IMG/VR virus record: IMGVR_UViG_3300037755_000987
Coordinates: 1-64,000 of that record
DNA from: a virus
Taxonomy: Duplodnaviria; Caudoviricetes
DNA: 64,000 bases
Direction: 5' to 3' (one strand)
Of this stretch, positions 28,597-38,147 are shown in pieces (within the stretch, counting starts at the first letter, position 1; each line of letters opens with the position of its first letter). Under the pieces are notes generated by a model, which was not told the DNA's origin, ran no database searches, and saw nothing but the letters and a program-made list of their open reading frames with translations. The position numbers and the translations under genes were made by a program.

Positions 28597-29013
28597 ATGC
28601 CGGACGACCTGATGGCCGCAGAGGAGAGGACCTTCGCAGGCTATTGCCCGCACGACGAGCCGGTCTACTCCCGCCCCGGCAAGCCGGGAGAGTTCGACAC
28701 CGAGTGCTTCCGCTGCCCGGCTGACGCAGCGTTTCGCCCGCCACTGGAGCTCGAGTCGACGATTGAAAGGGGGGAGCGTTTGGTTCGCGAGTTCGCCGCG
28801 GCCGAAGCAATCCGCAAGGAGGCCCTTGCGCGCCGGGACGACCGCGACCGGGTCGCGGCTCAGGCGTTGCTCGAGCAGAGCCTCGAGCGCGTCATCCGCG
28901 AGTGGGAGGAGGAGGACCCCGCCGGCCGGCGCGTCGAGCGCGTCTCGGTCCTCGGCCTGCCTGAAGGTGGCGGCCCGATCGTCGAGGTAGTGTTCCTGCC
29001 GGAGGACGACTGA
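28597..29013 (+). CDS. hypothetical protein
   Basis: GGAGGGGG RBS. Confidence 0.55.
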   Translation: MPDDLMAAEERTFAGYCPHDEPVYSRPGKPGEFDTECFRCPADAAFRPPLELESTIERGERLVREFAAAEAIRKEALARRDDRDRVAAQALLEQSLERVIREWEEEDPAGRRVERVSVLGLPEGGGPIVEVVFLPEDD

Positions 29014-29294
29014 TGCCGGCCACCGATTCGATCCCCGCTGAGCTGCATTGCCGCTACCACGGCCTCCCCGTCGTCCTGACCGAGTTCGCCGGAAAGAAGA
29101 TCGAGCACCGCCGGCGGCGATCCTGGACGGAGCGGCTCTTCGCTCGCCCGTGGCAGCCGCACGTCGCCGAGAAGGTCTGGTCGACCTGGGAGCCCACGGG
29201 CGCGGCCTACATCGTTGAGGGGCGGCTGCACATCCACCCGGCGGACTGGGACCTGGTGCGCCGGCAGCTCGATCGCGCAGGTGCGCCCCGATGA
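29013..29294 (+). CDS. hypothetical protein
   Basis: TGATG coupling. Confidence 0.55.
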   Translation: MPATDSIPAELHCRYHGLPVVLTEFAGKKIEHRRRRSWTERLFARPWQPHVAEKVWSTWEPTGAAYIVEGRLHIHPADWDLVRRQLDRAGAPR

Positions 29295-29506
29295 GGCGCC
29301 AGTTCGGCCCCTGGCGCAAGGTCACCCGCGCCGTTCCGATGCAGGGCGGCGGGTTCGGTATCCTGTCGAACAGAGGGCACACCAGGAAGTTCTGGTACCT
29401 CGACCTCGACTGCGGGCACGTCGTTCAACGCCCGCGTCCCCGGGCCGCCGTGGCCCCAGGCAAGGCCCGCTGTGAGGAGTGCGATCGAAAGGAGCGTGAC
29501 GGATGA
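29291..29506 (+). CDS. small Zn-binding hypothetical protein
   Basis: LDCGH ... RCEEC. Confidence 0.5.
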   Translation: MRRQFGPWRKVTRAVPMQGGGFGILSNRGHTRKFWYLDLDCGHVVQRPRPRAAVAPGKARCEECDRKERDG

Positions 29507-29814
29507 AAGCCACCTTCCGGTACCTGCTTCGCCTCGTCGGCCGCTTCGCCGCCGCCTGGGACCGCCGGCGCGCCCCGGACGCTCCTCCGCTGACCACGTG
29601 GACCGCCGACTTTGAGCGGCCGCGGGTGCTCCACTGCCGTTGCGGCGAGGTGGCCGCCGATGACGAGATCGATCTGTGCCACCGCTGCCGGGCTCGTCAG
29701 GAACGAGACGCCGCCGAGCTCGAGGCGCACAAGGAGGAGCGGCGTCGCCGGCGACGAGAAGCCAAGGTCCGGCGGGACAACGCGCCGGTCCTCCGGATGA
29801 GGAAGACGGGGTGA
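29503..29814 (+). CDS. hypothetical Cys-containing protein
   Basis: CRCG, CHRC; ATGA overlap. Confidence 0.5.
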   Translation: MKATFRYLLRLVGRFAAAWDRRRAPDAPPLTTWTADFERPRVLHCRCGEVAADDEIDLCHRCRARQERDAAELEAHKEERRRRRREAKVRRDNAPVLRMRKTG

Positions 29815-30086
29815 AGCGCCTGCCTCCCAAGGCCCCGGTCGCCTTCCGCGCACTCGAGGCGCCCGAGGAACAGCGGGTCTTCAAGGTCGGGCTCCGGGTC
29901 GGCGCTGACGTCCTGTCGGCCTGGGCGTCACGGCTGGCGATCGCTCCCGCCGACCAGCTCGACCACGTTCCGAGCCTCCGGAACCTGACGCTGGTGGAGT
30001 TGCTCGCTTCGATGTACTTGAACGGCGTGCGGGACTGCGCCGAGGTCGCGGCGAAGCGCGGGCTCTTGAACGGGAGGGCGGGTTGA
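29811..30086 (+). CDS. hypothetical protein
   Basis: GTGA overlap. Confidence 0.5.
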   Translation: MKRLPPKAPVAFRALEAPEEQRVFKVGLRVGADVLSAWASRLAIAPADQLDHVPSLRNLTLVELLASMYLNGVRDCAEVAAKRGLLNGRAG

Positions 30087-30490
30087 CCGCCCCGACCAGC
30101 TTCATCCACCCCGCCCCGGTCGGTTGCCGCCGCTGCGGCACGATCCTCCAGGCGAGCTACGCGGCCGAGGCGGAGTTCTGCTGCCCGACCTGCGGTGAGC
30201 CTGCCTGCTACACCTGCGGCTGCACGGAGACAAGGGCCTGCAGTGCCTCCATCCCGAACCTCGCCGGCAGCCGCACAGCCACGATGCACTGCGGGTGGGT
30301 GGCGCCGGGGCTCTGCTCGTTCTGCGGCGGCCGCGCCGCCTACGAGATGTACATGGCGGCGACGGGTCGCCCCGCGGTCGATCGCTTCTACCTCGGCCTG
30401 GCGCCGAGCGCCTTCGCGGTGCGCGGCCTTGGCGCCGGGCTCGACCAACTGCACCGCCTCGAGGCGAGGAGTGGAATCGATGGGGCGTAA
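30083..30490 (+). CDS. Cys-rich zinc-finger protein
   Basis: CRRCG, CPTCG, C--CGCT--RAC, C-WV--GLCS-C. Confidence 0.6.
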   Translation: MTAPTSFIHPAPVGCRRCGTILQASYAAEAEFCCPTCGEPACYTCGCTETRACSASIPNLAGSRTATMHCGWVAPGLCSFCGGRAAYEMYMAATGRPAVDRFYLGLAPSAFAVRGLGAGLDQLHRLEARSGIDGA

Positions 30491-30776
30491 CCTATGGCGC
30501 CGACCTGGCGAGGTGGTCGCTCAGGTCCTCCCGAACGGCCTGCTGTTCGTGACGAAGCGCGGCCGGCAACTCCCGAAGTACCAGGGTCCCGTGGTGGACG
30601 CGCTTCCTCGCCTGCTGACCGCTTTCTGGCAAGGGCAGGATGGGCTCGACCAGGTTGGCCGCCTCACGATCGAAAAGCCGACGCATCTCGTAGCGGAGAC
30701 GTCCGACCTCTGCCCGCCCACACCGTTGGGGTTCCTGTGGCGCTGCCGGCGACCTCACCGGAAGCCTTTGCCGTGA
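30480..30776 (+). CDS. hypothetical protein
   Basis: AGGAG RBS. Confidence 0.45.
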   Translation: MGRNLWRRPGEVVAQVLPNGLLFVTKRGRQLPKYQGPVVDALPRLLTAFWQGQDGLDQVGRLTIEKPTHLVAETSDLCPPTPLGFLWRCRRPHRKPLP

Positions 30777-31135
30777 CGAGCCCCATCCTCGCCGTCGAGC
30801 TCGAGGACACGCTCGCCGTCCACGACGGCGGCTACCTGTTCGACCTCGCCAACTGGTCGCCGAGGCCGGGGGCTCGCGACTTCCTGGCTCGCGCCACACC
30901 GTTCTTCGAGGTCCACGTGCTCTCGAGTCGTAGGGCATGGGCCTCCAGCTTCGACGACCAAGGTCTGGCCCGCTGGTGCCGGCAGCACTTTGGCGCGGTC
31001 GCCGATGAACTGTGCTACCCGGGCCACCTCCCTCCGGCCGCGGCGGTGATCGTGAGCGCTCGAGCGGTACGGTTCCGGGCGAGCGAGGGCTTCCCGGATC
31101 CGCGGCTGTTGATCGAGGAGACGGTGCGGCGATGA
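30773..31135 (+). CDS. degenerate HAD-fold protein
   Basis: ILAVELEDTL, PRPGARDFL, VHVLSSR, VIVSARAVRF. Confidence 0.6.
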   Translation: MTSPILAVELEDTLAVHDGGYLFDLANWSPRPGARDFLARATPFFEVHVLSSRRAWASSFDDQGLARWCRQHFGAVADELCYPGHLPPAAAVIVSARAVRFRASEGFPDPRLLIEETVRR

Positions 31136-31398
31136 GCGACGACGTCCAGCGCATCCCCGAGGAGCCCTACCTCGAGCGAGTGCGACGGCTCGTCGAGGAG
31201 CAGTACCTCGACCACCCCACCGGCTGCGGCAGCAGCTTCGGCGAGATCCTCTGCCACGAGATCCACACGCAGGGCCTCACCTTCGTTTGGCTGGCCGAGA
31301 AGTGGGGGATCAGCCTCGCCATGCTTGGGGAGCTGATCGCCGATCACTGCCGCCGCCTGGGCGCGCTGCCGGTGGTGGACCACTCGTACCGTCCTTGA
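31132..31398 (+). CDS. hypothetical protein
   Basis: ATGA overlap. Confidence 0.55.
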   Translation: MSDDVQRIPEEPYLERVRRLVEEQYLDHPTGCGSSFGEILCHEIHTQGLTFVWLAEKWGISLAMLGELIADHCRRLGALPVVDHSYRP

Positions 31399-31399
31399 C

Positions 31400-31428
31400 T
31401 TGCGCCCGGTGGGGTCACCGGCCATAAT
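31400..31428 (+). promoter_or_regulatory. putative promoter for tRNA and modification/packaging genes
   Basis: TTGCGC-17 nt-CATAAT. Confidence 0.55.
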
Positions 31429-31453
31429 GGCGCCGGCGTCGCGCTGCAAGCGG

Positions 31454-31530
31454 ACGGGGATCGTCTAACTGGCCTAGGACGCCGGCGTCTCACGTCGGTA
31501 ATGGGGGTTCGAATCCCCCTCCCCGGACCA
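31454..31530 (+). tRNA. tRNA-Glu (CTC), atypical
   Basis: Cloverleaf; anticodon stem CCGGC/GTCGG, loop GT-CTC-AC; GGGGG-TTCGAAT-CCCCC T-arm; encoded CCA; A1:G72 mismatch. Confidence 0.85.
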
Positions 31531-31564
31531 CCTCGCACTGCCAGGAGCGTGACAGCCGGTTCGA

Positions 31565-32964
31565 ATGGCTGACTCAATCTTCCTCGGTGTCACGACCGCG
31601 CCGGCGCGAGACTTCGTCGCGCGGTGCATCCGCTCGAGGACCTGGAGCCGGATCTACTTTCCTTGCGCTGGCCGCTTCGGGATGGTCGCCGCCTACCTCC
31701 GATCAGGGGGCGTTGGCGCGAACGTCGAAGCGTCCGACATCGGCCTGTTCTCGACCGTCATCGGGTCGCTTGCAAGCGGCCGTCCGCTCGCCGAGCTCGG
31801 CATCCGCTTCGAGACGACGGTGCCGGATCCGCCGCGGCTCGAGGATGATCTCGACCTGGCGGCGCAGGTGATGCTGGCGCTCAAGCTCGGTCAGCTCCGG
31901 CCCAGCTCCCAGCATGGCATCAACCATCGCCGGCAGCTCTGCGCGGACTGGCCTCGTCAACACCAGGTAGTGCGGGACCAGGTGGAACAACTGGTCGGCT
32001 CGATCGCCGGGAGTAGCTACGCGGTGCGCGACCTGTGGGACGTGGTCGAGGAGGCAGCCGAGGATCCTGACGCCTGCCTGGCGGTCAACGTGCCGACCTA
32101 CTCGGGCGGCTACCGCCGCATGTTCGCAGGCAGCGGGATCGCCTGGGACGAGCCCAGCATCCCGGAGTTCGACCCCAAGACGTACGAGCGCCTGATCGAG
32201 CGCCTGGACACAGCGAAGTGCGCGGCGCTCGTCTACTGCCAGCGGGAGACGACGGCCATCCCAGAAAGCTGGAAGGTGCTGTTCGCCCAGCCCTATAGCA
32301 CCGAGCGGATCGACACCGTCGTCGCCAACCGCGATCTCGGCGTCGACCCGTACGCCGTGCCGGAGAACAAGGCCGTCACGACGCGGCGCTTCCCGATCTA
32401 CAACGAGGAGGAGATCGCCTCTGAGACGCGGGTTTCGTTCGTCCGGGTCGACGCCGAGACGTGCCTCTACTACCGTGACCTCTTCGTCCACAAGCTGGGC
32501 GTGACGCGGGGAGAGAGCTACTTCTTGATGCTCCTCGACGGGCGGGTCGTGACGGCCTCGGGCTCAACACGCAATTCCTCCGCCGGTTTCAGAGCGACTA
32601 CGTCTATGAGGTCTTCGGGATCTCGAAGTCGAGCGAGCGCTACATGCGGCTGGGAAAGCTCTTCATGCTGCTGCTGACCTCGATGGACATGAGACGCTAC
32701 CTGGAGGCCGAGTTCAGCTTCGGAGTCCGCCAGCCGCTCGGGATTCAGACGACGTCGATCACGACCTTCGCCGAAGGGAAGACCGACCGAGGGGTCATGA
32801 AGCTGGTCCACCGCGAGGACCTGCCGAGTGGCCGGTTCCGAGTCGTCTACCGCGCGGACTTCCGAGACGACACCTGGCCGGACGTCGTCAAGCTGTGGCT
32901 CAACAAGTACGGCAGCAAGAGGCGGCACAAGCACCGCGAACCGGAGGCGAGAGCAGACGCATGA
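31565..32964 (+). CDS. adenine MTase-like plus GNAT-like DNA modification protein, with a 1-nt frameshift near 32558
   Basis: YFPCAGRFG, EASDIGLF, VNVPTY; reading continues in the -1 frame as GLNTQFLRRFQSDYVYEVFG and joins ORF 32644-32964. Confidence 0.65.
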
Positions 32965-33926
32965 CCAAGGCATTAAAGACGACCGAGGCGCCAGCCGAGA
33001 CGACCAAGCTCTTCCCGTTCACCGGGAGCCTGCCGGAGGGTGTCGAGAGGATGCTCGACCTCGGCCAGGGGCTCGAGGTGTGGAAGGTGCCGGCCGCCGT
33101 GCTGCGCGAGCAGGACATCAACGCCCAGACCCAGCCGCGGGCGATGTTCGACCGGCTCACCACCACCATCAAGAAGGGCGGGCGGCTCGAGTCGCTGCCG
33201 CTGTGCGCGGCCGTCGAGCACATGATCAAGCGCACCCCGAAGGGTGAGCCCGAGCCGGTGATCATCCCGGAGATCGTCTCGGGTCACCACCGGGTCCGCG
33301 CCGGCATGGCCGCCGGGCTTAGCGAGTTCTTCTGCCTGGTCGACACGAGCGGGCTGTCCCGCGATGAGATCCGCGCCAAGCAGCTCGCCCACAACGCCAT
33401 CCACGGGACCTCGGATCCGGACCTGCTCAAGCGCATCTACGAGCAGATCCGTGATGCGGAAGCGCGGCTCGAGGCTTTCGTCCCCTCCAACCTGGTGACC
33501 AAGATCCCCACCGTCACCGTGCCGGACATCGCTGTCTCGGTCCAGTTTCAGCGCGTGCTCGTCATGTTCCTCCCGATCGAGCGCGACGTCTTCGAGCGCG
33601 CCGCCCAGGCTTGCGCTGGTCACGATGCCGTCTATGTCGCCGACCAGGAGAGGTTCGAGGACTTCCGCAAGCTCGCGCTTCGCGTGTCGGCCGACCTTGA
33701 CATCCGGTCGATGGGGACGATCCTCGCCACGATGGGCGAGATCGTCCTCCGGGAGCTCGGCGAAGAGCCGGACACGCGCACGATGCTGCCGCTGCGCGAC
33801 GTCCTTCGGGCGAGCTTCCTCGCCGCCGCTGACGGTGAGGCGCTGGGCGCCGCCCTCGATCGACTCCGGAAGGGCACCAAGCTCTCGAGGCTGGAAGCGC
33901 TCGCGGCGTGGGCGCACGGAGCGTGA
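32961..33926 (+). CDS. ParB/Srx-like protein
   Basis: LREQDINA-FDRL--TIKK-GRLESLP, EIVSGHHRVRA, QLAHNAIHG. Confidence 0.8.
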   Translation: MTKALKTTEAPAETTKLFPFTGSLPEGVERMLDLGQGLEVWKVPAAVLREQDINAQTQPRAMFDRLTTTIKKGGRLESLPLCAAVEHMIKRTPKGEPEPVIIPEIVSGHHRVRAGMAAGLSEFFCLVDTSGLSRDEIRAKQLAHNAIHGTSDPDLLKRIYEQIRDAEARLEAFVPSNLVTKIPTVTVPDIAVSVQFQRVLVMFLPIERDVFERAAQACAGHDAVYVADQERFEDFRKLALRVSADLDIRSMGTILATMGEIVLRELGEEPDTRTMLPLRDVLRASFLAAADGEALGAALDRLRKGTKLSRLEALAAWAHGA

Positions 33927-34555
33927 GCGTGGCGTCTTCTCGGAGATCTCTCGGCGAAGGCAACCCCTGGGACCGGCGGCCCGGTGAGCCGCCGAAGGCT
34001 TGGTCTGCCTTCCAGGTTTACAGGGACCTTGGCAGCTTCGAGCGGTCGTTCAGTCGCGCGGTGACGGCGCTGGGCCGGACTGTCGGCTACAGGCGCGTCC
34101 TCGAGGAATGGTCAGTGCGGTGGTCCTGGGTCGAAAGGTCGCAGGCGTGGGACGCGCACCAGGACGAGCTCCGGCAGCGCAAGCTGAACGAGGAGGTCGA
34201 GCAGATGGCGGAGCGGCACGCCCGGACCGCGCAGCAGATGCTCGAGATCGCCGACCTGAAGCTCCAGGCCGTGATGCGCGGGATCAGCGTCAGCCTGCAG
34301 GAAGGTGGCGACAGCTTCGACGTGCCGGGCCTGACGCTGACCACCCTGCCGACGCTCGTCAAGATCGCCGCCGAGCTCGAGCGGCTGTCCCGCGGTGAGA
34401 GCACAGCCGTCACCGAGCTTCGCCCCGGCGATCGCCTGATGCTCCCGAGTGCCCTGCCGGAGGGTGTCTTCCACCAGGTGGTCGAGGCTCTCGCCGCGCA
34501 GAAGGCCATGCCCGGGACGCGAGACCGGGACCCCATGGCCGACGCAAAGCCGTGA
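33923..34555 (+). CDS. terminase small subunit (putative)
   Basis: PWDRRPGEPPKAWSAFQVYRDLG, WSVRWSWVER--AWD; directly upstream of TerL. Confidence 0.75.
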   Translation: MSVASSRRSLGEGNPWDRRPGEPPKAWSAFQVYRDLGSFERSFSRAVTALGRTVGYRRVLEEWSVRWSWVERSQAWDAHQDELRQRKLNEEVEQMAERHARTAQQMLEIADLKLQAVMRGISVSLQEGGDSFDVPGLTLTTLPTLVKIAAELERLSRGESTAVTELRPGDRLMLPSALPEGVFHQVVEALAAQKAMPGTRDRDPMADAKP

Positions 34556-34556
34556 C

Positions 34557-35975
34557 GTGTCGTTCGACTACACCGACTTCCAGCGGCTGGTGCACGCCGT
34601 GCCGGAGGAGGTCAACCGCGCGCTGGTGGGCGGCCGCGGCGGTGGCAAGAGCGTAGGGCTCGCCCAAGGCATCGGGATCAGGGCGGAGCGGTACCAGGAG
34701 CGGGCCCGGATCCTCTACCTGCGCCAGGGGCCGTACAAGTCGCTCTCGGACATCACCGAGACGCTGGCGTCGGTCTTCGATCAGTTCTGGGGGCCGAAGC
34801 GCCACAGCCTGAACAGAAGCTCGATGCGCTGGTCGCTGCCGACCGGCTCCTACTTCGAGCTCGGCATCCTTCCGGACGGAGAGGAGGGTCGGCGATATTA
34901 CGAAAGAGCGTACCAGGGGCGGTCTTTCTCCGATGTCACCGTCGACGAATCTCAGCAGTTCAGCCAGCCCACCGTGCTCGACCTTCTGACCTCGAACCTG
35001 CGGGGGTCGATCCCGACGCGGATGACGATCGCGGCCAACCCCGGCGGCATCGGCCACCAGTGGCTGGTCCGCCGGCACGTCAACGCGGCCGAGCCGTGGG
35101 CGTTCTACGACATCGAGACGGAGGTCACGCTCGGCCAGGCGAAGAGGAAGTTCACGAAGCGCTGGATCAACTGCCCGTCGACCTACCACGACAACCCGCA
35201 CAACGGCCCGGACTACCTCTCGAACCTCGCGATGTCGTCCGGTAACGATCTGGACCTGCTGCGCGCCTGGCTGACGGGTGACTGGAACATCAGCCGCGGC
35301 GCGTACTTCGCGGACGTCCTCGCCAACCCGAAGATCCGGATCGCGTGGCCGGACCCGTCCGAATGGGCGGGCTGGTCGGCGGATGGCTGGTCGTTCTGGC
35401 TCGCCTTCGACCACGGCTCGGCGGCGCCGAGCGTCTGCTACGTGATGGCGAAGAGCCCGGGGAGCCTGGGACCCGACGGCCGCTACTACCCGCACGGCTC
35501 GCTCCTCATGCTCGACGAGTGGGCCTGCTACCGGGAGAACGATCTGAGCTCCGCCTTCGGCTGGCACGTCGGCACGATCTCCGGCCACGTCCGGGCGCTG
35601 GCCGAGCGCTGGCGGCTGCCGGCCTGGGGTTTCGCCGACGACGCCTGCTTCGCGGATGCTGGGCACGAGGACGGCACGATCGCGGACGAGTACGCGGAGC
35701 ACGGCGTCACCTGGGAGCCGGCGCACAAGGGCACCCGCGCGTCGCGGATGCTGACGATCAAGCGCATGATGGCCGACGCCGGCAACTTCGAGAAGCCGGG
35801 GCTCTACGTCTCCAACCGCTGCTGGTACTGGTGGAACACGGTGCCGTTCCTCGTCTACGATCCGAACAACCGCGAGGTGCCGAAGAAGTGCTCGACCGAC
35901 CACGGCCTGGATGCGGCGAGCTACGGCCTGAGCGGTGACGCGGCTCGAGGCGGGGTGACGGAAAACATCGCCTGA
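34557..35975 (+). CDS. terminase large subunit
   Basis: Walker A GGRGGGKS; Walker B TVDESQQF; AANPGGIGH; RNase H FDHG and DHGLDAASY; start uncertain. Confidence 0.92.
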   Translation: MSFDYTDFQRLVHAVPEEVNRALVGGRGGGKSVGLAQGIGIRAERYQERARILYLRQGPYKSLSDITETLASVFDQFWGPKRHSLNRSSMRWSLPTGSYFELGILPDGEEGRRYYERAYQGRSFSDVTVDESQQFSQPTVLDLLTSNLRGSIPTRMTIAANPGGIGHQWLVRRHVNAAEPWAFYDIETEVTLGQAKRKFTKRWINCPSTYHDNPHNGPDYLSNLAMSSGNDLDLLRAWLTGDWNISRGAYFADVLANPKIRIAWPDPSEWAGWSADGWSFWLAFDHGSAAPSVCYVMAKSPGSLGPDGRYYPHGSLLMLDEWACYRENDLSSAFGWHVGTISGHVRALAERWRLPAWGFADDACFADAGHEDGTIADEYAEHGVTWEPAHKGTRASRMLTIKRMMADAGNFEKPGLYVSNRCWYWWNTVPFLVYDPNNREVPKKCSTDHGLDAASYGLSGDAARGGVTENIA

Positions 35976-35988
35976 AATCTCGCCGCGG

Positions 35989-36020
35989 TTGCGTTCTGAC
36001 GCCGCCCCGTGGACAATCAG
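35989..36020 (+). promoter_or_regulatory. putative promoter upstream of portal
   Basis: TTGCGT-17 nt-GACAAT; 16-mer shared 15/16 with 3042-3057. Confidence 0.5.
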
Positions 36021-36046
36021 GTCGCCGAGGGAAACGACCGGGAGGG

Positions 36047-37561
36047 TTGATGGCCCATAGGACCAAGGATCTGACGATCGAGACCCCGTCGGCAGAGTGG
36101 GCAGCCATGGAGGAGTACCGCGACCTGCCGCGCGACCTCCGCGGGGGCCTGATCCGCATCCAGTCGCTCACCAAGAAGCACCTGTGGCGGGCGGCCCGCG
36201 AGCGCGACCACGACTACCAGCGCCGCCTGATGGCGCTCCAGTTCGACCCCTTCTATTGGAGCGCTATGGAGCACCTCGGCGGTCAGCCATTCACTCGCCA
36301 GGTTGGGTTGAGCGACGACGTCCCCGCCGAGCTCCGACCGGACGGGGCGTGGGCGGACGACATCGACGGCCAGGGCCGCGACCTCCGACAAGTCATCCGC
36401 GGCACCTGCATCGAGTCGGCAGGCCTTGGGCTCGTCTACCTCCTGCCGATGTGGAGCGAGGTCGACGAGCGGCCGTACGTCCACGTCCTCAGCGCTCACG
36501 ACGTGCTCGATCCCTGGGAGGAGGGAGGCGCCGTACGGCTGCGCATGACCCACCCGGTGCGAACGCCGGGCCGCCCGTGGGAGAAACGGAACGAGGGCCA
36601 GATCTGGGTCCTCTACGATGGCGAGCCGACCGCCAGCGGTGATGAGCAGTGGGCCCGCTGGGAGGTCTTCGAGCGCGAGGACCCGACGAACCCGAAGAGC
36701 CCGTTCCGCGCCTCGCCGACCGAGGAGCTCAGCGGCCCCTTCCGCTACCAGCCGTGGATCCCGCTCTACCCCCTCTACACCGGCAACGGCGGCTGCCAGG
36801 AGGCACTGCCATGGGTGGCCTTCCCGCCGCTCTACGAGGTGGCCGCCGCGAACCGGGTCTACATGAACAAGCGTTCGGACCTCGACTTCGGCCTGCACGT
36901 CTCGAACATCCCTCAGCGCTGCGCCGCCGGGATCAGCGAAGCGGAGGTGGCGAAGATCGACAAGACCTCCTACAAGGGCATGTGGTGGACGAAGAACCAC
37001 CAGGGGAAGTTCTACTACCTCGAGCACAGCGGCGCCGCGTTCGAGCTTTCGCTCAGGGATCTTGAGGGGCTCGAGCGGCGGATCGAGGTCTGGGGCCTCC
37101 AGCCGATGCTCAGCGAGCACCAGGGCAACGTCACCGCCACCGGCCGGATGATCGACCTGAGCCGCGCCACCACTACCGCGCAGGCATGGACGCTGGGCTG
37201 GGAGGACGTCTGGACGCAGGTCTGCCACGCGCTCGCCCGGTACGTCCGGAAGCCCGACCGCTTCGAGCTCACGTTCTTCACCGCCTTCGGCCCCGCGCCT
37301 CACGATCTCGAACGTGCGAAGATCATCCAGCAGGATTACCTGCAAGGCGATTTGGAGCCGGAGGCGTACTATCCCGAGATGCAGAAGCTGGGGGTCTACT
37401 CCGAGAGCTTCGACGTCCAGGCCGCGGTGGCCGCCGCAAAGAAGCGGCGCGACCAGGACATGAAGCGCCTGGCGACGATGCCGGTGCCGGGCGGGGGTAG
37501 GATCTCACCGAAGCCGCCGGAAGCGGAGGATCAACCCGATCTCACGCTGAGCGCGGCCTGA
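36047..37561 (+). CDS. portal protein (DUF4055-like)
   Basis: Follows TerL; ERDHDYQRRL, PPLYEVAAAN--Y---SD--FGLH, YLEHSG, TATGR-ID. Confidence 0.85.
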   Translation: MMAHRTKDLTIETPSAEWAAMEEYRDLPRDLRGGLIRIQSLTKKHLWRAARERDHDYQRRLMALQFDPFYWSAMEHLGGQPFTRQVGLSDDVPAELRPDGAWADDIDGQGRDLRQVIRGTCIESAGLGLVYLLPMWSEVDERPYVHVLSAHDVLDPWEEGGAVRLRMTHPVRTPGRPWEKRNEGQIWVLYDGEPTASGDEQWARWEVFEREDPTNPKSPFRASPTEELSGPFRYQPWIPLYPLYTGNGGCQEALPWVAFPPLYEVAAANRVYMNKRSDLDFGLHVSNIPQRCAAGISEAEVAKIDKTSYKGMWWTKNHQGKFYYLEHSGAAFELSLRDLEGLERRIEVWGLQPMLSEHQGNVTATGRMIDLSRATTTAQAWTLGWEDVWTQVCHALARYVRKPDRFELTFFTAFGPAPHDLERAKIIQQDYLQGDLEPEAYYPEMQKLGVYSESFDVQAAVAAAKKRRDQDMKRLATMPVPGGGRISPKPPEAEDQPDLTLSAA

Positions 37562-37581
37562 CCGCAGAGGAGCGCAGCGAC

Positions 37582-37857
37582 ATGAGCGACGACGAGAAGA
37601 AGGCAACCCCGATCCGCGGGGGCGAGTTGGACCTCGATCCCGACTACCACGCCGGCAAGCTGGCTCGTCGCGACGAGCTCGAGGCGCTCGACAAACGCCT
37701 CGACGACCTCGCTGCCACGCTGGGTGGCCGCGTCGACGACATCGAATCGCGCGCTGAGCTTGGCGCCCGCCTCGAGGCGCTCGAGCAGCGGCTGACGTTT
37801 GTCGAGGGCGCGCTCGAGGGGCTGCGCGATGGCGCGGCGGGTGAAGGGGGTCCCTGA
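37582..37857 (+). CDS. small coiled-coil protein
   Basis: Heptad LEALDKRLDDL, LEALEQRLTFVE. Confidence 0.6.
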   Translation: MSDDEKKATPIRGGELDLDPDYHAGKLARRDELEALDKRLDDLAATLGGRVDDIESRAELGARLEALEQRLTFVEGALEGLRDGAAGEGGP

Positions 37858-38147
37858 TGGCCGACAAGCTCCTGCGCGCCGGCGACCTCAACCTGCGAGG
37901 GCCGCGTCCCGCCGCTGTCCCGCCCCCTCGATCCCGCGACGGCCGGCGGCGTTCGGCCACCACGCCGGCAGTCCACGCCCCCTTCACCGGCGCCAAGGAG
38001 GTCACCGTGCGCCGCGTCACCGGTGGTGACGTCGTCCACGCCCACAAGGAAGGCCCCCCCGGCGGTCCGTACGAGCACGCGGAGATCATCGCCACCACCC
38101 CCGCCGACCGTGATCGCCTGGTCGACGAGTTCCTGGGAGAGGGCTGA
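37857..38147 (+). CDS. hypothetical protein
   Basis: TGATG coupling. Confidence 0.5.
   Translation: MADKLLRAGDLNLRGPRPAAVPPPRSRDGRRRSATTPAVHAPFTGAKEVTVRRVTGGDVVHAHKEGPPGGPYEHAEIIATTPADRDRLVDEFLGEG

Noticed and set aside
31454-31530. tRNA as prophage attachment site
   Set aside because: No integrase, no duplicated 3' end and no host genes in the window
34535-34560. Possible TerS-TerL frameshift fusion at MADAKP
   Set aside because: No slippery site; a simple GTG start at 34557 explains it
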